DNA from: Octopus sinensis
Taxonomy: Eukaryota
Direction of reading: 5' to 3'
Length of the DNA stretch: 64,000 bases
Assembly (NCBI RefSeq): GCF_006345805.1
Contig: NC_042999.1
Span: 98,146,001-98,210,000, forward strand
Within the stretch, counting starts at the first letter, position 1; each line of letters starts with the position of its first letter. Shown piece after piece: positions 54,120 through 64,000 of this stretch. The translations under genes were made by a program, and so were the position numbers. The notes beneath the pieces were generated by a model. The model did not search any database. It had not been told where the DNA came from and saw nothing but the letters and a program-made list of their open reading frames with translations.

Positions 54120-54590
54120 CTACTCGACGATGTCGTTAAAACAATATACAACGCCATCCAACAAAAAAAACTGTCTAGGGACAGATATAGAGAATACTCG
54201 ACGTCTTGAATGCATAAACAAACACCAACACAAGGAATATTGGTGGAATATTCCCATGGTGGACATAGTTTTTTTGGACAAACAAGAAAAAGAATGTACC
54301 ATCATAGAGTTCGGCTGCTCAATCTATGTGAATATCTCTTCGAAAATGAAAGGAAAGAGGATAATTACGGATCACGGTTTAGTAACTTTGGTCTCTAAAC
54401 CCACATTATAAATTCACATTTATACGAAAAATAATTGGTGCACATGGTTTTGCTAGCAGATGTCTTGGTGACAATCTAGAAAAGCTAGGGATTTCAGGAA
54501 AAATAAACAGTTAACGCTTTCCTTACAAATATAATATAAACGGAACAGTGAAAAATATGTAAGACTTTTCTCAAGTTCAACACGTTACAT
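54120..54590 (+). mobile_element. decayed RLE-type non-LTR 3' fragment
   Basis: YWWNIP...DIVFLDKQEKECTIIEFGC resembles the PD...IEVxxP restriction-like endonuclease region. Confidence 0.55.
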
Positions 54591-55765
54591 TGCTATTTAC
54601 ATTCAAACGATGGAGATCTGTATCATTGTTAGCTCTTTTCTTACAAAGGAGAATTCAAATAACTAAATATACAAGCGAACACACGTACACACATACACAC
54701 ACGTACACACACACACATGCACGTATACACACATACATATACATTCACATACACACACATTTATAAATAGAAGGGAGGTTATATCTTTTGGACGGAAATT
54801 TCTACAAAATAGAGCTACTAAACAAAAATATATGCAAAGAAACAAAAAAAAAAATAAACAAAAGGATTTAAAGATATGGTCAAGAGGAAACCCTATTTTT
54901 ATATCGTATTTTATTTTATTTTAATATTTTTGCGTGTCTTTTTTCTCTGTTTGAACTCTTTTAATAGAATATTACACGCACACACATACACACTTTTCTC
55001 TACACTCACGAGACCAAAATGAAACCCATAGTTTCTTTTTAAAGAAGACAAACTAAATATCTGATCTCGGATATACATTCTGTATGTATATTATTCAAAT
55101 GTATAAAATACCAAAAGAATTCGAAGAAAAAATTCTTTAATACGGCATTGGAATTTAGAAATACATGGATGTACATGGGGTTCTCAGTATTGGTTAACCG
55201 TTATGTTATATCTTTCAAAATATTGAATGTGTGTGCGTATGAGTGTGTGTGTTTGTATGTGTGTGTCTGTGTTTGTGTGTGTGTGTTTGTATGTGTGTGT
55301 CTGTGTTTGTGTGTGTGTGTTTGTATGTGTGTCTGTGTTTGTGTGTGTGTGTTTGTATGTGTGTGTCTGTGTTTGTGTGTGTGTGTGTGTGTGTGTATTC
55401 TCTTCTAGATTTAGTACAGATAGACACATGCAAACACACACATGTATAAATGTGTGTGTGAGCGTGTGCATGTGTGTGTAAAGTTTTTAAATCCGGTGAG
55501 GAGGACTATTAAAATCGATAAATATCCACAAATTTTTCCTGTGGTTGTCTTCAGTAATTAAAACAATATTGTTAATTCAGTGATATTGTCTTTTTTCTCT
55601 CTGCATAATTATTCCTAATTAACTTTTTAATGCACATTGCATTTAATATGATAAATTAACTTGACTCCATATCTCTTTCTCTCACTCTCACACTCACTCT
55701 TTCTTTCTTTTTGTTTCTCTCAATTATTTTCTACCACCATCTCTCTCTCCCTCTCTCTCTCTCCA

Positions 55766-55874
<109 letters not shown>

Positions 55875-55912
55875 TTCTATCTATCTATCTATCTATCTAT
55901 CCATATATATAT

Positions 55913-56191
55913 AAACAATTGCAGCGTGGAAGGTGTTTATAAGCCATTTAAGAAACACACAAAAGTCCGTGCTGCATCTAAGCTTAGATGCAGCACGGAC
56001 TTTGTCAGTGAACAGGTCGCGGATTTTAGCGACGAAAATATTTTGATAAATTAAACTTAAATGTTGAAGTGAATCGAACGGCTTTTGTGTGTTTCTTAAA
56101 TGGCTTATAAACACCTTCCACGCTGCAATTGTTTTCGTTTCAGCACACGATCTCAGATCAAATTACTTGCTATGCGAGTACATCTCCGTAA
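55913..56191. mobile_element. fold-back/MITE-like element with a perfect 42-bp central palindrome
   Basis: 52-bp inverted arms aaacaattgcagcgtggaagg...acacacaaaa at 55913 and ending 56134; palindrome 55962-56003. Confidence 0.85.
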
Positions 56192-56247
56192 CATATATAT
56201 ATATATATATATATAAAATATAGGTGCATATATATATGTGTGTATGT

Positions 56248-56545
56248 GGAGGCGCAATGGCCCAGTGGTTAGGGCAGCGGATTCGCAGTTATAGGATCGC
56301 GGTTTCGATTCCCAGACCGGGTGTTGTGAGTGTTTATTAAGCGAAAATACCTAAAGCTCCACGAGGCTCTGGCAGGGGGGGGGTGGCGATCCCTGCTGTA
56401 CTCTTTCGTCACAACTTTCTCTCACCCTGCTCGCTTAGCCAGCAGGGTGGCGTCATTTGAAGGCTAAAACAATGCGAAGCGCATTGTGACCAGCGATGTG
56501 TAACAACATCTGATAGCCTGGTCGGTCACGGTGATCACGGTGATA
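56248..56545 (+). mobile_element. tRNA-derived SINE family S4, full length
   Basis: ggaggcgcaatggcccagtggttagggcagcgg (A box), ggtttcgattccc (B-box-like), tail (cacggtgat)x2. Confidence 0.9.
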
Positions 56546-57395
56546 TGTGTGTATATGTATGTGGTTGCGGCTGCAGAGTCACCGGTTCAGCAGATTTGAC
56601 TGTGTCGCCAGAGTCTGCAGACTCGGTAGAGGCGGAAAGCTGTGGTGTATTTGGTATGGATGGAATGTGAGATGTGGAGTCGATGGTTGGGTGGAAAGTG
56701 TTGATAAAAGGGAATGAAGATACTGAGTTGTTCATGCAAGAGGATCATTTCGGCCACATGGAGAATGATGGGAGTTCATAGCTGGAAATTGAAGCTAAGG
56801 CCGAGGAAGTCCAGGAAACCATTTTTCGAGGACGACCAAAGTAGTAGGAAATGAAACTGAAAAGAAGGGGCATGGTTGGTATTATAGATCGGGGAAAAGA
56901 GGGAAGCCATCAAGAGTGCGGGAATGCGGTCAACAAATTTTGAAATCATTTCGGAGGGGCAATTGTAGACGGAAATAATGAGGAGTTGATAGTTTTGCGG
57001 ATTTGCTGGAAGAAATAAGTAGAGAGGAGGAGATCTACACAACTAGGTTAGTGGCAGTAGAGATAAAATGAAGATGATAAATCGACAACTAAGAACAGAA
57101 GTAGAAGATAGGATGCAATTAAAAGTAGAGTTGGCAAACTGCCGGAGCATCTCATTCTTTGGCGTACAACAAGACCATGACTCAACCCTTTCGATCAGTT
57201 AGATGACGATGCTGAGAGATCTGACTGGATGATGTTAAGACGTTATGAGAACTTCCAGAAGCGAAATCAAAGCGGTCGACTGTGTGGTGGCGAACGTTGA
57301 CAGATAATTCTAGGGTGCTGAGTTGCTCAGGAACAGGCCTCAAATAACATAGATGGCCAATGGACCAGACTTGTAAAACCATCGTGGTTGTACAT
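56546..57395 (-). mobile_element. decayed Penelope-like RT fragment (second lineage)
   Basis: IISVYNCPSEMISKFVD...YNTNHA resembles the PLE RT motif PIVSxxNCPTExISxFLD...IKDTNH. Confidence 0.6.
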
Positions 57396-57593
57396 ATGTG
57401 TGTCTGCGCGCGTTTTTGCGTGTTTACATGTGTATATGTATGTTTGCTCAGTTCGCTTCATCACCAAAAACAGTACCGAAAGGAGACCCTAAAACGCTGA
57501 AAGTCGGTGCTCCAGCATGGTCTCAGCCTCTGGCTGAAACCAGTAAGGGAAAGCATATTTATGCGTACATACAAGCATTGTATATGTAAATGT

Positions 57594-57635
<42 letters not shown>

Positions 57636-57959
57636 TCACACACACACACTCACACACCCACACAAAATTACATACATATATTATTTAAAGTAATTAATTG
57701 TCTGTCTTGACTTCCTTCCGTTTGACCATCTGTTTTAGATTAACGACCTTGTATTATTTTCGCTCTGAACGAGTACTCCCTTCATATTGTCTCTTTCTTT
57801 CTGCCTGTTTCATTATTTCTCCTTAATTCCTCTATCTTATGTTTCTCATTTCAATTATCCATTAGTTTTCAGTCAATTCCATTCTAAAAGAAGACATGAT
57901 CATCTTTTCACTTTTATTATTACAAGCACGCACACACATACACACTCCCGTTCTCTCGC

Positions 57960-57990
<31 letters not shown>

Positions 57991-58151
57991 ACTCACGCAC
58001 GCACAAACACATATACACACAAGTATGTAATTCTCAAAACAAGCCCTTATAAATAAATTGCACCTTTCATTTCAGATCCATTTCTATTTTTTCTCAACGA
58101 GGTTCGTTAATATTTGTTTCTTTTGAACTTAGATGTTATTGTTTTCTGTAG

Positions 58152-58274
58152 CTAAATGTATGGAATCATTTACATGTATGCTCCGACGCCAACCATACAG
58201 TAACAGAAGGTTCAAGAATCACCAATGCATTCACACGGTACAACTTGCAGTTTGCAATCAATGCATTCCGATAG
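58152..58274 (+). CDS. candidate Cys-rich coding exon (phase 1-1, 123 bp)
   Basis: Acceptor tgttattgttttctgtag|, donor ag|gtaaaa, open frame KCMESFTCMLRRQPYSNRRFKNHQCIHTVQLAVCNQCIPI; no homolog recognised. Confidence 0.25.
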   Translation, partial: LNVWNHLHVCSDANHTVTEGSRITNAFTRYNLQFAINAFR

Positions 58275-58371
58275 GTAAAATATACATTAAATATCCGCTA
58301 GCTTATTTCATTACAAATACACACACACACACACATATTTATAAGTATATATAAATATACATAGATACATA

Positions 58372-58439
<68 letters not shown>

Positions 58440-58969
58440 ATCACATGGTTTGCAATGCATAACATTTTATATACATACATACATATTTATTTTCATTGTC
58501 AACACTCAGATTATTCAAGAGCTCTTCACATCAATATCGTACAATAATAACTAAGGTAAAATATTGCGTCTTTACATTTCATTACAAAAAAAAAAAAAAA
58601 GATATTAGAAATTTCGTTTTACTCTTGCTTTATTTCTGTTTCTTTTTTCTTTTTATTTTATGCATGTGCACAATGGAATTTAACGTTATTTCTCCTCAAA
58701 CCTTTCATTTACTTTCCCGTGGAATACACAATCCATTCGCAGAGTGCATTTGTGGAAATTGCTGGCAAATCTATGATATTATTACAATTCACTTTCTTAT
58801 TATTATCCCTATTATTTATATTCATCTAAACATACAGTATCCGAATTTCATTGATCAATTTCCTTTTCTTTCTTTTAAATATATATATTTTTTCACTTCA
58901 AGCGATAAACCCGTAGAATGACAAACAATTTTTACTTTACTATAGAATTCTTTTCATATTTCAGTTAAC

Positions 58970-59040
58970 CATCATTATCATTATTATCATCATCATCATC
59001 ATCATCATCATCATCGTCATCGCCGTCATCGTCATCATTG

Positions 59041-59075
<35 letters not shown>

Positions 59076-59170
59076 GTTGTCGTCGTCATCACCATCATCA
59101 TCTTCATTGTCGTGATCGTCATCATCATCATCTACTATTATTATTATTATTATTATTATTATATTATTAT
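58970..59170. repeat. compound (CAT)n/(CGT)/(TAT)n microsatellite
   Basis: Directly visible. Confidence 0.95.
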
Positions 59171-59754
59171 TTCCTGTGAAGTTCATTCTAAATAGTAACA
59201 CTTTCTTTTCAGTTTCATTAATTTCTTCTTTCATTCTCAACATAGACACCGCCTACCCATCTCACCATAAATGATAATTGTCTTTCTATGAAATACTTTC
59301 AATCTTTCCATTAAGTAATGTGTCGTGTGTATCTATGTCAGTGTGTGTAGGTGTGTAAATGCATCGGAGACATTTCTATCAATACATACATACATACATA
59401 CATACATACATACAAACATACATACATACATACAAACACACATACATACATACATACAAAATGGCTTTTCTATCATTTATTGTCAGTTTCTCCTTTCTTT
59501 CTGTCTATCCCTTTCTCCTTGTTTCCCACAGTATATGTGTTTACTCTTTCTCTTTTCTCTCCTCTTTCTCCCTATGTGTATATGTCTGTATGTGTGGGAG
59601 AGAAAGAGAGAGAGAGAAAAAGAGAGAGGGAAAGAAAGAGAGAGAGAGACGGTGTGTTTTTGCACGCTTGTGGTTTTTTGAGTGTACGTACCTAGCGACT
59701 TAAGCAGAAAATACTGGATGATGTGGTTCTCACTGCACTGTTCACTGTGCCTAG

Positions 59755-59906
59755 GAAGGAGGTGTGATGGAAAGCCTATTATCATAATTCTCAATCGAGG
59801 ATGTTCTCGCACTAAACATCTGAAAGAGCCACGAACTAACGAGGAAGCCTCTGAATCGGCTCCCTTGTTGGCTCGTGTTGGCTCGACGGCGAGAAACAGT
59901 AGCTGA
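59755..59906 (+). CDS. candidate terminal coding exon
   Basis: Acceptor ttcactgtgcctag|g in phase 1; frame RRCDGKP...EEASESAPLLARVGSTARNSS*; a competing minus-strand model exists. Confidence 0.2.
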
Positions 59907-60947
59907 TTATCCGTCAAATCACTAATCCTACAGTCTCAAAAATAGAAGGATACATTAAAGGATAAATATTACGGCTTTACATTTCATTACAATACAAAAA
60001 AAAAACATTCATTTTACCGTTGGAACGTAACGTTACTTCTACTCAAACCCGAATGTCTTTAAAACTGAAGGACATGCCATAAAATATAATCCCAAATCAG
60101 TCCCTAAAAAGTAAAAGTTGATAACGGCTGGAACGCATATCGTATGCCAGCTCAATCATGACCATCTTCTGGCTAAACGACAATGATGACAAACAACAAC
60201 TACAGTATGTTGTAGATATTCGCATTTCCTTATAATTCGATATTTTGTAACGGATATGTGGTTTTGGGGATGGCTGACAAATTCGCGCAACGTGCTTGCA
60301 TTCATTTTGCGTAACGTTTGGTCAATCTGCTAATGTAACTCTCGAAATTCTTCATCAGGCTTTTGATAAACTATCTTTAAGTCGAAAGTGAATGCTTGCG
60401 CATTTCAAGTCCGTTCACGAATTGATTCTAGATGATCAGTATTCATAAAGACTGCTAACAAAACAACTGCAAATGTGGGGGTAAAATCGTAAAGTCATCC
60501 TGGAAAGACTGTCGCTGAACAATCAATTGTTATTCTCACATGATTAATTTCAGTTACGGTGCCTATGAGGAAAGCCACTAATAGTGTATTTAGCCAGCAA
60601 ACTGAACAAAAATGCATTACTTGAGACGGGTGTAACGTTAGTAACGATCTCAACAAATACACACCTTAAGCATGTATGCAGAACGCTACTACTGAGCTTA
60701 TATATATAAAAAAATTAAAACAAATTGATGCCCGGTTTTAATATTATTGACTGTTATGAACATCTAAACTTGTCAACATCGAAATTTTTGAATATGTATT
60801 TCTAATTCATAATTCTAAATTTTTACCATTGATAAACAAAAAATATTGTTGAAACTAGTTTGGTATATATGTAAATAAATATATTTTAAGCAATTACAAG
60901 TTCTTCAAACTTAGGTACATTTTCAACAACTAGTTTGTATATATATA

Positions 60948-61220
60948 TATCAGGTCATCCCAAAAGTTCTGTCCGATTTTACCTTTTTTAAAATTGAATG
61001 AAATTTAATAGTATTTTAGAATGTCTAATGGAATTAAAAATTATTTTTATGCACTTGTGTACATTTAAACTAATTAAATATTATTTTACAGAGTACTAGA
61101 ATTAAAATTTCTTTGATTAAAACCCTTTCTAACATGGAAGTATCCAAGATATTTAAGGCGTATAATGCTTTATGAGTACAAAAATGGAAACTCTGCAGCC
61201 GAGGCGACTTGAAACATACA
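60948..61220 (+). mobile_element. mariner transposon 5' end with TIR and transposase start
   Basis: TIR tatcaggtcatcccaaaagttctgtccga; ATG at 61134 (MEVSK...) with frameshifted MLYEYKNGNSAAEAT. Confidence 0.85.
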
Positions 61221-61246
61221 TACATGCATACACACATATAGTGTGT

Positions 61247-61285
<39 letters not shown>

Positions 61286-61292
61286 AATATAT

Positions 61293-61329
<37 letters not shown>

Positions 61330-61335
61330 ATAAAG

Positions 61336-62409
61336 TAATAAATAAAATATATGCCTACATACATATATGTACGTACCTACATCTACATGTATATATACAT
61401 GCATATATAAATAAATATATATGTGAGTACAGGACACCAAAAATAGACGTAGAACTCAACGAGAAACGAAAACGCAAAAACAAACATGGATATGGACTTT
61501 TTTTAACAACGAAAAAACAGAGTACAAGACAAACAATACAAGGAAAATTCCCCTTCATCAGCTGTCCCTAGTTCGACTCCATGCGTTTTTCGAAGGTAAG
61601 GACAGAACACGACTCGTCGAACTAGCCCTTCCTGCGAAAGAATTAAATAAAATTCCTTTGCAGAGGGGTAAAAACAAGGAAAGAAAAAAATGTGACAAAA
61701 ACGGGACGTAAAAAAAAAAAAGCAAATACAAAAAAAAATACAAATACAAAAAAAAAACAGTGCAAGTAAAGAATAAAAACAGGACAAGGAAACAAACATT
61801 GAGGACCTTTTTTTTAGCCTAGACGATGGAAAAATTCAAGAGCGCAGGAAAAAAGAATGTTCACTTGTAGGAGGCCGCCAGCGAAAGGAAGTGGTCGACT
61901 CGGCTGTGTGAAAGATGAGGAGGAGTGAGAGAGAGAGAGAGATAATGAGGAAAGGAAACCAGAAAGGGTGAAAAATAAGGAGGAGGAGGAAGACAGACAG
62001 GAAGGAAGGGAAGGTCAAGCAAAGGGTTACAGAGTTTCGCGACATAATTATATATAAAAACTTACTTGGAGAACAGAAAAGAAACGAAACGACGCGAGAG
62101 CGCTCAGTCATGCAATGAATTAATAAATAAAATATATGCATACATAGATCTGTTCTCCAAGTAAGTTTTTATATATAATTATGACGCGAAACTCTGTAAC
62201 CCTTTGCTTGACCGTTTCTCGTTGAGTTCTACGTCTATTTGTGGTGTCCTGTACTCACATATATATATTTATATATGCATGTATATATACATGTAGATGT
62301 AGGTACGTACATATATGTATGTATGTATGCATATGTTTTATTTATTAATTTATTGCATGACTGAGCGCCCTCGCGTCGTTTCGTTTCTTTTCTGTTCTCC
62401 AAGTAAGTT

Positions 62410-62415
<6 letters not shown>
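61336..62415. repeat. 785-bp unit with terminal direct repeat followed by a rearranged inverted copy
   Basis: 26-nt direct repeat at 61336 and 62121; 62013-62077 inverted at 62149-62213; 61336-61469 inverted at about 62213-62345; 62052-62146 inverted at about 62319-62415. Confidence 0.75.
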
Positions 62416-62479
<64 letters not shown>

Positions 62480-62587
62480 ATAGATAATATATACGTGTGT
62501 ATGTAATATGTATATATATATATATGTGTGTGTGTGTGAGAGAGAGAGAGAGAAAGTAAGTGTGTGTGTGTGTGTATGTATCTAGGT

Positions 62588-63420
62588 ATACTATGTGATC
62601 AGGTTAAATTTGACAGTTTGCATAAAAGGAATAGAAAACACAATATCCCATCAAAAAAAGACAGGTATTTTAAAACATCGAAAAATATCGACTAGATTAT
62701 GACTGGGAGATAACAGCTTTTACCACGTCCTCAAATGGCTCTGGAATCTGGTACATGCGTTCCTCATTCTGTTCCTGGAAACGTCTCCAAAGACCGCCTT
62801 GATCTTGGCTATCAGCTCGGCCTCGATATTTGAGGCAGAGACATTGGTGTCTACTCAACGACGCCTTACACATAGCAATCCAACTGGGGGAATTAGGAGG
62901 CCAGAGATTGGGACTGGTAAAATCATGGAAATTTTCCGACACCCACTTCGGACTCTTTCCAGAGGTAAGGCAAGGAGCCGAATCCTGCCACAACACATAT
63001 GATCTTCCAATAGCAGCTCTATCCAGCCAGGGATTGACCACAGACTCCAGTAATTTCACATAGTTGTCTGAACTGAGCCCAAGGCACTTTTCAAACGTGT
63101 AAGGATGAATTGCAACGTGCAGCTTCTGTCAGATGCCTACTGTGTCCTTTCCTGCTGGCTACGGCATGGTAGTCTCCGTTGCAGCTGCATGTCACATGTC
63201 ACATCTTACAGCCTTTACAGTGTTCACAGAGCATTGAACAGCAGTAATGGTCTCGGCATTTTGATACTCGATGTGAATAATCATGGTACAGGTAACTCTT
63301 CCAATATTCAGATGGCTTCCAAAACTCCGTGTCAGCTAACTTATTCCCAACTACAAATTTAATCTTCAAGCTCTCTAACATCATTGACTGTTCACCAATA
63401 CATCAAGGTGTACCTGAAAG
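62588..63420 (-). mobile_element. maT/rosa-like (Tc1/mariner superfamily) transposon, internally deleted
   Basis: KLLESVVNPWLDRAAIGRSYVLWQDSAPCLTSGKSPKWVSENFHDFTSPNLWPPNSP; upstream HTH remnant TAVQCSVNTVKAVR. Confidence 0.8.
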
Positions 63421-63654
63421 AAAGGAGACATAAAATATCGTCAAATTTAGGCGAAGACCTTGAGTGTGTGCGTGTTTGTGTGTGTGTGCATGTGTGTGTG
63501 TGTGTGTGTTTATGCACACATATCGATTAAATGGGTAGTATAGTCTCTGTCTCTTACTCGCTGCCTCTCTTACACGCATACACACACACGGACACACACA
63601 CATTCATTCATACACACATACACAAAGCCTATCCAAACTTCGTTAGGCATACAT

Positions 63655-63702
<48 letters not shown>

Positions 63703-63707
63703 ATATA

Positions 63708-63743
<36 letters not shown>

Positions 63744-63768
63744 TAATGCCTTAATATCTATATATGTT

Positions 63769-63819
<51 letters not shown>

Positions 63820-64000
63820 GTATATATATGTGTATATATATACATATTTAAATCTATCTATCTATCTATATATATATACATACAAATATATATACATATG
63901 TGTGTGTGTGTATCTAGTTCTATGGGTGTGTGAGCGCTCGTTTGCTTGTGTGAGCATTTTTGCGTATGTGTGCGTGTGTGTGTGTGTTTGCAAAAAATTT

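Noticed and set aside
55240-55390. About 30-bp-period (GT)-rich minisatellite giving long HT/VC ORFs
   Set aside because: Higher-order expansion of a (GT)n microsatellite; no coding evidence.
60300-60362. CUGAUGA-containing hammerhead candidate (minus strand)
   Set aside because: GAAA is broken (CAAAC) and stem I does not pair; at best a heavily decayed relic.
62020-62045. GAA-AC-UCU-GU-A hammerhead 3' half (minus strand)
   Set aside because: No 5' core nearby; the CUGAUGA at 61555-61561 lies downstream on that strand and its stems do not match.

Overview
AT-rich, microsatellite-saturated animal genomic DNA, probably intronic or intergenic. The SINE families, LINE/PLE repertoire and (TA)n/(TACA)n/(TAA)n density point to an octopus (coleoid cephalopod); this is an inference from recall, not a database result. 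No host gene, tRNA/rRNA gene or CRISPR array can be supported with confidence, and most ORF-track entries are translated microsatellites. The window is mostly mobile-element debris: mariner/Tc1/maT and hAT (Buster/Charlie-like) remnants, two non-autonomous Helitrons, four tRNA-derived SINE families, RTE and CR1/L2-like LINE pieces, a same-strand cluster of R4/Dong-type elements in (TAA)n tracts (12.9-19.3 kb), and several Penelope-like element (PLE) fragments. The strongest signal is a young 2.5-kb palindromic PLE (36148-38653). Each arm carries a minimal type I hammerhead ribozyme fold with a variant UUGAAAA core (U3-A8 instead of C3-G8). The same core recurs in an unrelated sequence context at 33701-33750, and two decayed canonical-core hammerheads lie at 45.6 and 46.4 kb. 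Other items: many fold-back structures, a 120-bp module plus compound microsatellite duplicated 36 kb apart, a covarying 3' hairpin shared by SINEs and LINEs, and a few low-confidence candidate exons.
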